DNA from: Escherichia coli
Lineage (GTDB): Bacteria > Pseudomonadota > Gammaproteobacteria > Enterobacterales > Enterobacteriaceae
NCBI RefSeq assembly: GCF_013315695.1
Contig: NZ_CP054355.1
Strand: one strand, 5' to 3'
DNA: 64,000 bases
The translations under genes and the position numbers were made by a program. The notes beneath the pieces were generated by a model. That model was not told where the DNA came from. It ran no database searches and saw nothing but the letters and a program-made list of their open reading frames with translations. Of this stretch, positions 41,560-52,425 are shown piece by piece (positions within the stretch are counted from its first letter, which is position 1; every line of letters starts with the position of its first letter).

Positions 41560-43784
41560 CAGAAATCATCTCCCGGCTCAACATCCTCCCCACGCTCCCG
41601 GTGCACATTAATGTTCACCTCTTCACGACGCTGCATCTGCTGCTGGATGTCCGGATGATTTTCCTGTTGCCATGCCTCATAAGCGGCCATATCCACCACT
41701 TCACCGGATTCACTGATCCCGGGTGGCAGTTGCTGTTCCATCTCTTCTTCCGGTTTCATTTTCAGCTCCTGCTCGATCCCCCCTGCCGGAACACTCACAC
41801 CTGCATCTGACTTCTTATCATTGATGACAGAAGACACTGGCTGTTGTGGCTGTTGTGGCTGTTGTGGCTGTTGTGGCTGTTGTGGCTGTTGTGGCTGTTG
41901 TGGCTGTTGTGGCTGTTGTGGCTGTTGTGGCTGTTCAGCCTGAGTCACATCTTCTCCGGAGGCAACCTCCGGTTCAAAGAGGCTGGCCATCTGACGACCT
42001 TCTGCTTCCCTTGCGGCAAGTACGGCACTCAGACGGTTCTCCATTTCCGGGTTGATGTCACGCGGAATAAACTCCGGAGCGACCTTCGGTCGTGCCTGAT
42101 ATTTCAGAGAGAGTTTGACTGCCGGATACGGTCCGGGCAGAGTGACATAGCAGGTCAGATCCGGCAGAGACTGAATGTCGGAATAACTGACCAGCGTCTG
42201 ACGCTCCATATCCTTACCGGTCGATACCCCGTCACGTACCGGGTCAGCACCGTAGGAATACTGCTCGCTGGCTTTCAGGTGCTCTTTCTCACCAATCTCA
42301 CCGGCAGCGAACTCTGCAATCTTATGGCTCGGGGAACGGAAAAAAGCACGGGTGTTCATGACGTCAAACAGCGTGGCCGCCGCTTTCTCACCGTAGATAT
42401 CTTCCAGCTGGGCATAGGACTGGATACCAAACACATAACAGCCACCGAACTTACGGGCTTCCGGCAGGATCTCCACCAGGTCCGGCAGTTTGTGTAACGT
42501 GGGTAACTCGTCACAGAAAAACCACACACGACGGTTACGGTTTTCTCCCATTGCCAGCAGACCACGAATGGCAATGGACAGCCACATGGAGATCACCGGC
42601 TTCAGGGAGGCATGGGTGTCGGCGTTCGACGAAATAAACAGCCAGCCGTTTTTCTGATCTTCCCGGACACCACGCATCCAGTCACGGATGGTAAAAGACT
42701 CACCGTTATGCTCAATCCCCTGCAGGTAACGGATGGCTTTCACGTAGTTGGTCAGCACAGCACGGATGGAAATCGCCGTTTTCTCAATTTTCTCTTCCAC
42801 CAGGTTGGCTGCCGGTGAATTACGCAGGAAGGTACGCAGTTTTTCAATTTTGATGGAAAGCAGTGTGTCCACCAGTTTGCTGTAGCTGCGGTTGGGGTCA
42901 TTACGCATCAGGTACGCCGCTTCCGCAAAAATGGTACGTCCTGAACCCTGCCAGAACGGGTCCTCTTTTGTACCCATAGGGATCAGAGTATTTGCGGTAT
43001 TATCAAAATCCGGCTGTGTCAGGCACTCCTTCCACAAATCCCATGCGGCACAGCGGGCATCCAGCGGATTCAGGATTTTATCGATGGAGGGATCATAGTA
43101 ACTTTTAACAAATTCCCCTGAACGGTCATAAATCACCACCATATCACCGCGCTGACGGGCATAGTTGGCCAGACGACGGATAACCTCCGACTTACCGGCC
43201 CCGACCGTGCCGTGCAGACAGAAGTTCTGGATTTCGGAATCCCGGATAATCGGCAGGTCGCCAATCCGGATATCGGAGTCCTTGCCGTCTTTTTTCAGCA
43301 TCCGGGCCACTTCTTTCGGGTTATCCGTCAGCTGACGCCCGCCGGTCACCTCATTTTCACTCTGCTGTTTCCCCTGATGCCCCAGAATCCAGGAGACAAC
43401 AAAGAAGGTGATCAGGCAAATAACCAGGGCCACGACAGACGCCAGAACGAATGCAGACCATAGCTGCTCTCCGCACCAGATCATATATTTATCATGCAGT
43501 ACCTGGGCAGCGTTCATCCGGAAGGTTTTGCCGTAATACTGGATCTCATAGACCGGCTGGGATTTTATTAAATCCCGCATGCCTTCCAGTGACGTACACC
43601 ACCAGTAAATACAGCCGTTGATAAACGTCTGCCAGCTTATTTTTACCCATAAGACCAGACCAATGAGGATCCAGAAAAAAATAAACAGGCAGTAAAGCAT
43701 GATATTGGCGATCTGGCTGAACATGCGGATACGCATGGACGCAATCTGACCGCCCTGGGTCATATCCTTTGCGTTAAAACTCAT
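41559..43784 (-). CDS. traD: type IV coupling protein TraD
   Basis: 741 aa, N-terminal TMs, Walker [10 protein letters not shown]-terminal (QQP)10 repeat. Confidence 0.9.
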   Translation of the reverse strand: MSFNAKDMTQGGQIASMRIRMFSQIANIMLYCLFIFFWILIGLVLWVKISWQTFINGCIYWWCTSLEGMRDLIKSQPVYEIQYYGKTFRMNAAQVLHDKYMIWCGEQLWSAFVLASVVALVICLITFFVVSWILGHQGKQQSENEVTGGRQLTDNPKEVARMLKKDGKDSDIRIGDLPIIRDSEIQNFCLHGTVGAGKSEVIRRLANYARQRGDMVVIYDRSGEFVKSYYDPSIDKILNPLDARCAAWDLWKECLTQPDFDNTANTLIPMGTKEDPFWQGSGRTIFAEAAYLMRNDPNRSYSKLVDTLLSIKIEKLRTFLRNSPAANLVEEKIEKTAISIRAVLTNYVKAIRYLQGIEHNGESFTIRDWMRGVREDQKNGWLFISSNADTHASLKPVISMWLSIAIRGLLAMGENRNRRVWFFCDELPTLHKLPDLVEILPEARKFGGCYVFGIQSYAQLEDIYGEKAAATLFDVMNTRAFFRSPSHKIAEFAAGEIGEKEHLKASEQYSYGADPVRDGVSTGKDMERQTLVSYSDIQSLPDLTCYVTLPGPYPAVKLSLKYQARPKVAPEFIPRDINPEMENRLSAVLAAREAEGRQMASLFEPEVASGEDVTQAEQPQQPQQPQQPQQPQQPQQPQQPQQPQQPQQPVSSVINDKKSDAGVSVPAGGIEQELKMKPEEEMEQQLPPGISESGEVVDMAAYEAWQQENHPDIQQQMQRREEVNINVHRERGEDVEPGDDF
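41841..41930. repeat. perfect 9-bp tandem repeat x10 (ctgttgtgg) encoding the (QQP)n tract of TraD
   Basis: Counted directly in sequence. Confidence 0.9.
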
Positions 43785-43834
43785 GATGAAACTCCGGGAA
43801 AATCTGGAACAGGGCAGAAAAGGATGATGTGGGG

Positions 43835-44572
43835 TTAATTCACAGAAACAGACCAGGTGTACCCTGTATGCCGGTGGTGATGCCCGCCTGCAGTCCTGCC
43901 GGAAGAGACCTTCTCTGTAACAATGTCAGTCAGGCGCAATACTTCAGACCAGTCACTCCCATGCGGAAACTGGATCTGAATAAAAAGGCGTACCCGTTCA
44001 CGGTGATCCAGAACTGTGTCCGGTTCATAAAAACGGCCACTGTCAGGAGAAACACAGGACGTTTTATTGATGAGATCATACTTATCGGCAGGAGACTGCG
44101 ATGAAATCGCCCAGGTGATATTCTCCGCCTGGTGGCCATCAATACGACTGCTCCCCGGCGTCCATGCAATTTCCTGCGCACTCGCCACGATGATCTCCCT
44201 GGAAACTTCAGCCAGCTTTCTGGGTGTACAGAATACCGGTGCCAGCACACACAGGGACAACAAATTACAGCTGACCGCCTCCGGTTTAAGCAAATTGCTC
44301 CCGGATTTTTCAGGAAAAGATATTTTTGTCAGTATTTCAGTTAATTCCTTATGCCTGAGAGAATTAATAAAGTACATGATAAGCATCATGAGAAACAATA
44401 TAACAATAAGCCCTCCGATAACCACTAAAAGGTCAGTATCAATATTATTGCTGTACAGATAGTCTTTAGTGGTCACTGTATTATCCTGTATCACCGGGGG
44501 GTATTCAGTTACAGGCTTCTCAGTAAATTGATTATTCTCACCAACATATTCAGCGATATTGTCTGATGTCAT
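43835..44572 (-). CDS. hypothetical single-pass membrane protein inserted between traT and traD
   Basis: ATG at 44572 preceded by GGAGAAAG; one TM helix ([22 protein letters not shown]); no recognisable domain. Confidence 0.5.
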   Translation of the reverse strand: MTSDNIAEYVGENNQFTEKPVTEYPPVIQDNTVTTKDYLYSNNIDTDLLVVIGGLIVILFLMMLIMYFINSLRHKELTEILTKISFPEKSGSNLLKPEAVSCNLLSLCVLAPVFCTPRKLAEVSREIIVASAQEIAWTPGSSRIDGHQAENITWAISSQSPADKYDLINKTSCVSPDSGRFYEPDTVLDHRERVRLFIQIQFPHGSDWSEVLRLTDIVTEKVSSGRTAGGHHHRHTGYTWSVSVN

Positions 44573-44644
44573 AATGACTTTCTCCGGAAGATCCCGGCTT
44601 CGCCGGCAACACTTCACGGTCGCACAAAGAATTTGCACAACCGC

Positions 44645-44745
44645 TCAGTGTTTTCATATTTATTTCGGAAACGCCGGGAGGTGACAAAATTTATTTTGTT
44701 ACATCCCGGGGTTGGACAACGAGCAACGCGAGGCGTCAGCAAGGA
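44645..44745. repeat. ~80-bp repeated element, copy 2 (between traT and the extra gene)
   Basis: Conserved flanks shared with 31935-32015, different internal hairpin. Confidence 0.55.
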
Positions 44746-44774
44746 GGCCGGTCAGATCAGCCTCCTGACGAGGT

Positions 44775-45506
44775 TCAGAGAATATTTGCGATTGATTTGG
44801 CCAGTTGGTCTTCGAGAACAGGCTTCGCCTCTTCAAATTTCAGGTTAACCTTGTTCGCATTTGAAACCACACGGGTCTGGTATTTATGCTGGTTACCTGT
44901 TTCAGTACTGGTCTGAATTTTCGCACCTGATGTGCCCTGACGCAGGGCGGCAACATTATCCGTTGTCACCGTTGCCTTAGTACGCTCTGCAATCTGTACA
45001 TCCGTGATCATGGTATAGTTCACATCTTCCACCATCGCATCTGCAGCCATACCCACCAGACCAGCAGCAAGGCCTACACCGAGTGTGGCACCGGCAGAAT
45101 TTGAGTTATAGCCGGTAATACCGGCACCTAACGCTGCACCAACAGCTGCGCCTTCATAACCACGGTTCAGCCATCCCTGAGACTCCCGCAGATCCATCTT
45201 ATCAGCCTTCAGCACATTCGCCTGAATCCAGTAGTAGGCTTTATCCGGAGAAGTCACCACCTGATATCCTTTTGCTTTCACAGCATCAGCAATTTTGCCC
45301 TGCAGCCCACTCATGTCTTTATCAGACGTGTTTTTGATCTGCAGAAATACCGTGCGTTCGCTGGCGGGTTCAAGCCAGATGGTCTCACTCATCTGAGTCT
45401 TCACCTCAAGGTTACGCTTCTTGATTGCTGTGCTCATCGCACCACACCCTGAAAGGGCCAGAGTGGAACTGACCAGTGCAACCATCATCAATTTTTTTGT
45501 TTTCAT
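44775..45506 (-). CDS. traT: surface exclusion lipoprotein TraT
   Basis: 243 aa, lipobox LSGC, matches F TraT. Confidence 0.9.
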   Translation of the reverse strand: MKTKKLMMVALVSSTLALSGCGAMSTAIKKRNLEVKTQMSETIWLEPASERTVFLQIKNTSDKDMSGLQGKIADAVKAKGYQVVTSPDKAYYWIQANVLKADKMDLRESQGWLNRGYEGAAVGAALGAGITGYNSNSAGATLGVGLAAGLVGMAADAMVEDVNYTMITDVQIAERTKATVTTDNVAALRQGTSGAKIQTSTETGNQHKYQTRVVSNANKVNLKFEEAKPVLEDQLAKSIANIL

Positions 45507-45519
45507 CCAAAATATCCTT

Positions 45520-46029
45520 TTAACTAACAGACTCTTTTTTGAATAGTCCTATTACTGAGGCTATAGCTGAGAGATTATAACGATTTATATCTATGGTATA
45601 CACCAAGAAAAATAATATGAATGTAATCATTAGTGCAAAAACATATAAGATAGAATGCATAAACGAAACCATAGAAAAAACAATCAAAAACAACAAAATA
45701 TATGTCTTACTCTTAGAATACATAAAATTTATTATTTTTGAATCCTTTCTGAAACTATCAGGAATCGCAAGGTATAACATCATTCCATTTGTAATAGCCA
45801 CAAAAAGCAGGAACCCCATCATTCCACTAGCACATATATCAAAGCCAACATCCCTGACATCACTTTTAACCGATACTAAACGCAGAAAAGTTGGCCATAA
45901 TAAAACCCATAAAAACACATAAGTTCCCGGCTTTATGACTTGTAATAATGATGGGATATTAACACCCTCTACAGAGAGTACCTCCTTTAGTTTCTGCATC
46001 TCCATTTTTATATCATAGTGAGTGATCAT
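45520..46029 (-). CDS. traS: entry exclusion protein TraS
   Basis: AT-rich hydrophobic 169-aa ORF between traG and traT. Confidence 0.65.
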   Translation of the reverse strand: MITHYDIKMEMQKLKEVLSVEGVNIPSLLQVIKPGTYVFLWVLLWPTFLRLVSVKSDVRDVGFDICASGMMGFLLFVAITNGMMLYLAIPDSFRKDSKIINFMYSKSKTYILLFLIVFSMVSFMHSILYVFALMITFILFFLVYTIDINRYNLSAIASVIGLFKKESVS

Positions 46030-48851
46030 AATGGCCCCTTCAATCGTTCTTTCTTATCATCCACCATCTGTTTTAACGCATCTTCAGACGGTGTTGGCAT
46101 TAATTTCTGTCGTTTATTTTCTTCATTATATCTGTTGTTTTGCTGAATTTCTTCCTGTTTGTGATTATTTTTTAACTCTGAATATTGTCTGTCTACAATA
46201 TTTTCTTCGCCATGAATACTATTCTGAGTATCTCCGATATTCCCTTTATATTCTGTGACCATATTATCAACCTGATGTTTTACATCATTACGGATATTAC
46301 TGTCCTGCGTTCTTTGATCAATAATGACCTGATGCCCCTGATGGTCAGCAATAATATCCTGGCTGCCACCACCCGAAGGTACGCTCTCCATTCCTTTACC
46401 AATATCCCCACGGGATTCACGCCAGGCATTATCAACACCAGGCTGTACCTGTTCCTGCACAAAAGACCACGCCATAGCCCGACGGCGTTCTGCAATCTCC
46501 GGCGAACTGGTATTTGTCAGAATAGCTTCTGCATCCTGCGGTGCGCGTTTCATCACATACTGTGCAAACTGTTGCGACAAGTCTTCACTCATCTGCCCGC
46601 TCATGCTTTCAGTACGGGAGGCCATTTCCGCATATTCATGGCTGCGGGTCATATTCGTCGTGTACTGGTCGTAACTCTGTTTTGCTGAGTTCAGGGCTGC
46701 AGACAACTGGTCCACGCGGGAATCGGCATTATTGTCAGTATGGCTGCCGGATTCACTGACTTTGCGACTGGTAAAGTAATCGCTGGCCTCTTTAAAGTCC
46801 TTACTGGCTTTAGCATCGATATCATGGCGAGCATCATGGGTAGCCCTGCTGCCACTACTTGCTGAATGTGAGTCATCATCCGTTGCATCCAGGCTCCCCT
46901 TAAATCCACCTCTGATGCCTACCCCACCACCAACACCAAGAATTTTAGGTTTAACCCCCCATTCAGCATGAGCATCAGCATACATTCCACCAGATAGCCT
47001 GGTACTTGTTGATGCCAGTTCCTGAGTCGCCTGCTCATTACTGATATTATGCGCCTTCGCATAGCTTTCCACTGCACTGCGCATACGGCTGGCCATCATG
47101 GAGTCCTGTGCGCTCATCGTGCTGTCAGCACCACCTGTGACAGAATCACTGCTCCCCCGGTTAGAACCAAACTGGCTGAGCGAGTTCCAGGCACTGGCAA
47201 TACTGCTGCTGAACCCATGCAGGGCGCTTTCTGCTCTGTTCGACGCCTCCCGGGCCATTTCCTGTTGTGCCGCTGCAATCTGACGCGTTGCATTGATACC
47301 AACCGGTAACCGGGACATCGCCCCGCTCGCATCCATCACCATATTACCGTCACGGGTCTGTGTGGCAGTTGCGCCACTGCCGGTCTGGTACATCATCTGA
47401 CCAAACGACGTGGTGCTGTTGGTGCTCCAGCTGAAGCCGTTCACGTTTTCCGTCTGCATGTTGCCGTAGGAGTAATTACCGTCAACCACACTACCTGCCG
47501 CACTGGCAGTCGGGCTGATAGCAGAGGAAGCGAAATGGCTGTACACGCTGGAAAAACCTGCGCCAAGGCCTTTTACCATCATCCATGACAACGGGGGTAT
47601 CATGACAGATATATATCCGGCAGTGGACGCCAGGTCGGAGTATTTCAGCTGTATCTGAGAGAGTTCAGAGAGCACGACCGGTGCACCATTCTGCTTTGCA
47701 TAGAATGTCATGGCACTGTTCAGAATGGCATACAGCAACGGCCAGGTCTGGAACCACATCAGAGCAAACACATAGCCTCTCAGAACAGACAGCGTCAGTC
47801 TGTTGAAGACAGCCGCCAGTACCAGGAGCGGGAAGATACCAATGGTAATGCCCACCAGAATGGTCTGCACCATCGGCAGGTTTCGCATCAGCACATGACC
47901 AATGGAGACATGTGCCAGACGCTGTTTCTCCATTGACGAAGTCGTGGCCAGACTGACCAGGCTGGCGGTATCACCGTTACGGGCTGCATTACTGGTGATA
48001 CCCTCTTTCAGGGCATTCATGGTGACGTTCTGGCGCATAATATGACTGGCAGACTGGCTGGAGCCGTAGAAATAACTGTAACTGTCACTCACCAGTTGCC
48101 TGAATAACAGGTCCGGGTCCGGTCTGCCGCCAAATATCTGCTGCACATAATAATGCCAGGTCTTGCCTCCCGTCTTTGTATCGAGATTCAGCCTGTCTTT
48201 CAGCGTGACCGACGCATCTTTACAGGTTATGAAATTATTATTGCTGTCATAAACGCCCCGTAGCGGGCTGGGCCGGGAAAAAATCAGCGTGTAGGGGTCA
48301 CCGGAGGCCATCAGGTCTTCCAGCGTGTATTTGTGGTTCAGGTAAATATCCCCCAGCACGCAGTTCTGGACGTAGTCCTGAAACAGATTGATGATTTCCG
48401 GATTCCGGGACAGAAAATCGGTGCTTTTCACAATCAGGTTCGCCCCGAACAGCATGCCTGTCTTGCTGTAGGTGGCGCTGTCAGGCTGGGTGAATATCAT
48501 CTCGTAACTGGCCACCATTGCATGCCCGATACGGGTCGTCAGTGAAAGTGGCATCGCCAGTCCGACCGGCACATTATCCACCCGGTGAACTTTGACCAGG
48601 TCACTGTTATCAATAATCTGCACCGATGTACGGACATTAACCAGCAGGCTGATAAGCACAAACACGGCCACCCAGCCCAGCAAATCCATCACGTTGTGCC
48701 GCTGTACCCACATCACGGCCACCGCGAGAACAGACAATGTGAGCGCAATTTTTTCGATGGAATCCCACGTCCGGGTCCCCATAAAGGCGGCAATGGCGTT
48801 CAGGTTATTGCTTAACCACTCACCACCGGCAATCACATAGACTTCATTCAC
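46026..48851 (-). CDS. traG: mating-pair stabilisation protein TraG
   Basis: 941 aa, polytopic N-terminus, position. Confidence 0.85.
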   Translation of the reverse strand: MNEVYVIAGGEWLSNNLNAIAAFMGTRTWDSIEKIALTLSVLAVAVMWVQRHNVMDLLGWVAVFVLISLLVNVRTSVQIIDNSDLVKVHRVDNVPVGLAMPLSLTTRIGHAMVASYEMIFTQPDSATYSKTGMLFGANLIVKSTDFLSRNPEIINLFQDYVQNCVLGDIYLNHKYTLEDLMASGDPYTLIFSRPSPLRGVYDSNNNFITCKDASVTLKDRLNLDTKTGGKTWHYYVQQIFGGRPDPDLLFRQLVSDSYSYFYGSSQSASHIMRQNVTMNALKEGITSNAARNGDTASLVSLATTSSMEKQRLAHVSIGHVLMRNLPMVQTILVGITIGIFPLLVLAAVFNRLTLSVLRGYVFALMWFQTWPLLYAILNSAMTFYAKQNGAPVVLSELSQIQLKYSDLASTAGYISVMIPPLSWMMVKGLGAGFSSVYSHFASSAISPTASAAGSVVDGNYSYGNMQTENVNGFSWSTNSTTSFGQMMYQTGSGATATQTRDGNMVMDASGAMSRLPVGINATRQIAAAQQEMAREASNRAESALHGFSSSIASAWNSLSQFGSNRGSSDSVTGGADSTMSAQDSMMASRMRSAVESYAKAHNISNEQATQELASTSTRLSGGMYADAHAEWGVKPKILGVGGGVGIRGGFKGSLDATDDDSHSASSGSRATHDARHDIDAKASKDFKEASDYFTSRKVSESGSHTDNNADSRVDQLSAALNSAKQSYDQYTTNMTRSHEYAEMASRTESMSGQMSEDLSQQFAQYVMKRAPQDAEAILTNTSSPEIAERRRAMAWSFVQEQVQPGVDNAWRESRGDIGKGMESVPSGGGSQDIIADHQGHQVIIDQRTQDSNIRNDVKHQVDNMVTEYKGNIGDTQNSIHGEENIVDRQYSELKNNHKQEEIQQNNRYNEENKRQKLMPTPSEDALKQMVDDKKERLKGPL

Positions 48852-50230
48852 AGCGTGCTCCCTCCGAAGTGATAGTTGTTCTGGTAACGGCTGAGCATGC
48901 GGGCGGAAAGCTGCTGGCGCATGTAGCTCATCTGACGGTCAACAACCAGCAATGCATCCTGCTGGACCTTTACCTGCCCCTGGAAAACCGCAATCTGTTG
49001 CTGTGCCTGATTCAGATTCTCCAGCACACTGTCCAGCACGGTCTGTGGATAGTTCCCGGTGGCAATCATGGCCCGGGCCTGCTGAAGCAGTTCCTGAATG
49101 TACTGGAGCATGATGTCGTAGCCGATATAGTCCGTCAGCTGGTAAACCACGCTGCTGGACACACCGAGCATCTGCGGGTCAATAAGATATTTAAAGACGG
49201 GGACGGTGGTGCTGGAAATGAAGCCTTTTTCCCTGTCATCCAGTGGAGTATCACTCACCGCTTTATTCTGAATACTGGTGAGCAGTTTTGTAATCTGTGA
49301 TTTCAGGGCTTTATCCCGGGCGATGGTCACATTTGCATCCGCCACCACCTTCAGACACTTGTCCGAATCGTTGCAGTGATAAACTTTTGCCGTTCCCCCC
49401 TCCATAATCGCCCGGAGGATATCGCGGTCAGTGGTACGCGCCGGCAGGGGGGTAATCTCGCTGTCTTCCCCAAAAATCAGCGTACCGGTGAGCGTCATAA
49501 TAAATTCTTTCAGTTCTTTGTTACCATCAAGCATCCTGTTTTTGGACAGCGAGTCCCAGATGATATTGATGTTCTTCAGCACCCGTTCCTTATCTTTGTC
49601 ACTGGCCTTGTCACGAACAGACGATGACTGTCCTCCGACCGTGCAGCCCTGACGGGACGCGGCCCAGTCAGCAAAAATATTGCTCTCACCGGCAATGTCC
49701 TGACAGACCTTCTGCTGTGACACCTGAGTCTGAGGAAATAATCCTCCGACAATCCCCTGCGCCACCTGACAGGAGCTGAGGTTCATACTGTTAATGTCGC
49801 TTGCCATTTTCTGCAGGAAGTCTTTTGCGGTTTTGATTTCCGGCACCGTTGCCTGCAGGGCAAGGTCAAAAAAGTAACCGGCAGCGTTGCTCATAATCTG
49901 CTTAACAAAACGCTGCAACTGATCGCCATTAATAAAACTGAACGAGCCGAGATAGGCGTCGATGCCGCCACATCCGGCATTGATATCCGGCAGCGTCATG
50001 GAAATCAGCTGGATATTTTTGACCTGGGTGCGGGCATACAGGGAGCCACCATAGGCATACCCGGCGGCCTGCCCCTGCCAGACGCCCGGTTGTGTGGTAT
50101 TGGAAGCAAATCCCAGCTTATTAAAGAACTGATTCATGTCGCTGTTCACATCCGCTGACGCTGCGGGTGTGACCGTCAGTAAAGCGGCACAAAGAACCAG
50201 AAGAGGTTTAATGCGAAGCATTATTGCCAC
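48848..50230 (-). CDS. traH: pilus assembly protein TraH
   Basis: 460 aa with signal peptide, position. Confidence 0.85.
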   Translation of the reverse strand: MAIMLRIKPLLVLCAALLTVTPAASADVNSDMNQFFNKLGFASNTTQPGVWQGQAAGYAYGGSLYARTQVKNIQLISMTLPDINAGCGGIDAYLGSFSFINGDQLQRFVKQIMSNAAGYFFDLALQATVPEIKTAKDFLQKMASDINSMNLSSCQVAQGIVGGLFPQTQVSQQKVCQDIAGESNIFADWAASRQGCTVGGQSSSVRDKASDKDKERVLKNINIIWDSLSKNRMLDGNKELKEFIMTLTGTLIFGEDSEITPLPARTTDRDILRAIMEGGTAKVYHCNDSDKCLKVVADANVTIARDKALKSQITKLLTSIQNKAVSDTPLDDREKGFISSTTVPVFKYLIDPQMLGVSSSVVYQLTDYIGYDIMLQYIQELLQQARAMIATGNYPQTVLDSVLENLNQAQQQIAVFQGQVKVQQDALLVVDRQMSYMRQQLSARMLSRYQNNYHFGGSTL

Positions 50231-50633
50231 CCTCCCTTAATTTGTTCTCCCGGCGCATACGGCGTTTCAGCCGGAATATTCTGATCCCCCCGTTTATTAA
50301 TTCATTTAAAGGGTTCCTGACGTATACGATAAGAAATCCACCTGCAAACGCCCATAACGTATACGGAATGACATACATCAGGATGTTCCACATATAACGA
50401 AAATTATTTAATTCCGGGTCAGCTTTCCACGAATCAATACAGGCATCAAAAATACTATGCATAATCACCCATAAAAAAGTTCCGGCAGCAACGAACACAA
50501 AAAACAGATCAAAATATATATCAGAAACCCTGCGTTCATAATCATAATCCCGTTTAGTTTTTCTGTTTTTTAGTTCCGCATCATTTCTTTTTTCTTTCAT
50601 TATAAGTTTCCTCTGATATTTCCGATGATTCAT
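50208..50633 (-). CDS. trbF: TrbF (start uncertain)
   Basis: Small membrane protein between trbJ and traH. Confidence 0.55.
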   Translation of the reverse strand: MNHRKYQRKLIMKEKRNDAELKNRKTKRDYDYERRVSDIYFDLFFVFVAAGTFLWVIMHSIFDACIDSWKADPELNNFRYMWNILMYVIPYTLWAFAGGFLIVYVRNPLNELINGGIRIFRLKRRMRRENKLREGGNNASH

Positions 50634-50961
50634 TCAGGCCGTTCATGCGGCTGTAATATATTTCAGACACCGAAATCCATCCCACAATTGCCCCCACAAA
50701 AAACACAACAGAAACAGAAAAGGTAAGACACAGCGAAACGACAATTTCCACAGGGCTGGCGGGATAAAAAAGCCCCTGACGGATAAAGGGGATATTCAGG
50801 CTGACGATTATTCCCGTCGCGATGCCGGATATTCCGGCAATGAGTAACACCACCTGCTTATTTCGTACCTTTTTCCTCTCCGTACATCTGCAGAACGGTA
50901 TCCATCCGCGCCATAAAACTGGCGGCATCCGTTGCCCCCTGCAAAAGCGGTAATGCCTCAA
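50581..50961 (-). CDS. trbJ: TrbJ (start uncertain)
   Basis: Small membrane protein between trbB and trbF. Confidence 0.5.
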   Translation of the reverse strand: MRHYRFCRGQRMPPVLWRGWIPFCRCTERKKVRNKQVVLLIAGISGIATGIIVSLNIPFIRQGLFYPASPVEIVVSLCLTFSVSVVFFVGAIVGWISVSEIYYSRMNGLNESSEISEETYNERKKK

Positions 50962-51403
50962 GTGTGTTGACGTTGACCAGGAAGGTGGTCGGTGTGGCCA
51001 CCGGGATATTCGGGAAGAAGGTCTGCATCACGTCCGGTGGCACCGGTAATGCTTCCGGAAAGGCGGTATCCCCCTGACCATCCAGGGTGTAGGGAAAAAC
51101 GGAAAAGCCGTACTGCTGTGCCAGCTGTTTCAGTACCGGGTCAAACTGGTGACAGTAAGGGCAATGCCCCTGCATAAACAGCACCACCTTCCAGTCGGCC
51201 AGGTTAACCTGCCTGCCGTTGCTGAGGCGGAACCAGCGGGGAGCCGGCTTTTCTGTTCTGGCTGATGTGTCTGCTGCCGGTTGTGCAGGCTGCACGGCCA
51301 TACCCTGCGGATTCCAGAGTCGTTCAATTTCATCCCGGGTGGAGGCCTGCACACCTGTGGCCATCATCAACAAAATGACCGGCAGTAATTTAGTGAGAGA
51401 CAT
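50858..51403 (-). CDS. trbB: periplasmic thiol:disulfide isomerase TrbB
   Basis: 181 aa, signal peptide, CPYC active site. Confidence 0.8.
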   Translation of the reverse strand: MSLTKLLPVILLMMATGVQASTRDEIERLWNPQGMAVQPAQPAADTSARTEKPAPRWFRLSNGRQVNLADWKVVLFMQGHCPYCHQFDPVLKQLAQQYGFSVFPYTLDGQGDTAFPEALPVPPDVMQTFFPNIPVATPTTFLVNVNTLEALPLLQGATDAASFMARMDTVLQMYGEEKGTK

Positions 51404-51674
51404 GTCCGCCCTCCTGCTGCCCTTCCATCATGGCCTGTTGCCTGGCTTCCAGTGCCTCACGCTCTTCCAGGCTGACACGTGCAATCCATGCATCCAGCAC
51501 CTGGTATGCGCCGAACAGCACAAGGATGGCCGCAATCAACTCCGCCAGAAAAAAAGCCATCCAGGGTTTGCTGTAAACAAGACGGGCGACGATATGAAAC
51601 CAGACACCCAGGGAAAATACCCACATTCCCGTAATATCAAGCCGTGGTAAAGAGAATCTGCGTTTACTTATCAT
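51390..51674 (-). CDS. traQ: pilin chaperone TraQ
   Basis: 94 aa membrane protein, position. Confidence 0.75.
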   Translation of the reverse strand: MISKRRFSLPRLDITGMWVFSLGVWFHIVARLVYSKPWMAFFLAELIAAILVLFGAYQVLDAWIARVSLEEREALEARQQAMMEGQQEGGHVSH

Positions 51675-51754
51675 GTTAAACTCCGGTTATTATTTACATG
51701 AGAGTATTCATGTCTGTAATATTCGCGTTTGTGTGATATTAATCAGAGGTACAA

Positions 51755-52090
51755 ATGAAAAAGTTATCTTTTAAAGAAAAACTGGAAATAGTGAGAAACA
51801 TCATAAGAGAGTCATTATCAGGTAATGCGGCTTTTGCTTTACTGGTGTATTCATTATTGCACTCCCTCCCCATTAAAACCTTTGCTGATTTATTTGTGAC
51901 GATACTGTTATTTATAGCGATTATCGCTGTTGTGATATGGCTATTTCTAATCATCTATGTTTATTTTTGTGAGTTATTCAGAAGTCACTGGATAGCAGTC
52001 TGGTTTATCCTCTGGTCTGTGGTAATCAACCTCACTATTGGATTTGGCATTTATGACAAATTAGCACCAGTCATTTCACTAATGAAATAA
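51755..52090 (+). CDS. artA: anti-tra-strand membrane protein ArtA-like
   Basis: Hydrophobic ORF on the opposite strand between traQ and trbA, as in F. Confidence 0.5.
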   Translation: MKKLSFKEKLEIVRNIIRESLSGNAAFALLVYSLLHSLPIKTFADLFVTILLFIAIIAVVIWLFLIIYVYFCELFRSHWIAVWFILWSVVINLTIGFGIYDKLAPVISLMK

Positions 52091-52412
52091 TAAAAAACCA
52101 CATCACTCCAGACCATATGGCTGACAACATAATACAAACAAACATCCTTCTGAAACTGTCAAACTTCGTGATAACTGGTATGGTACTGACTGCCATTGAA
52201 ACAACCGGTACGGCACACTGATTCATAACCGCACCACAAAGAAACAAGAAATTATCTGGCAGCATACATACACTTATGACATTTACTACAAAGAAGACAA
52301 ACGAGCTCAGCAGATAAACTCCTTTATTATTTGGTCCTGTAAAGAAATAACCAACAACCCCCACGATAAACAGGCTGGCACCTGTAAAAAAACACAAATC
52401 CCCTGTATGCAT
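52071..52412 (-). CDS. trbA: TrbA
   Basis: 113-aa membrane protein between traF and traQ. Confidence 0.65.
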   Translation of the reverse strand: MHTGDLCFFTGASLFIVGVVGYFFTGPNNKGVYLLSSFVFFVVNVISVCMLPDNFLFLCGAVMNQCAVPVVSMAVSTIPVITKFDSFRRMFVCIMLSAIWSGVMWFFIISLVK

Positions 52413-52425
52413 ATATAACCTTTGG

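Noticed and set aside
41841-41930. Possible CRISPR-like array
   Set aside because: Repeat unit is only 9 bp, has no spacers, and lies in frame inside traD
41844-42497. 217-aa ORF starting [10 protein letters not shown]
   Set aside because: Antisense reading of the traD QQP repeat; artefact of the tandem repeat
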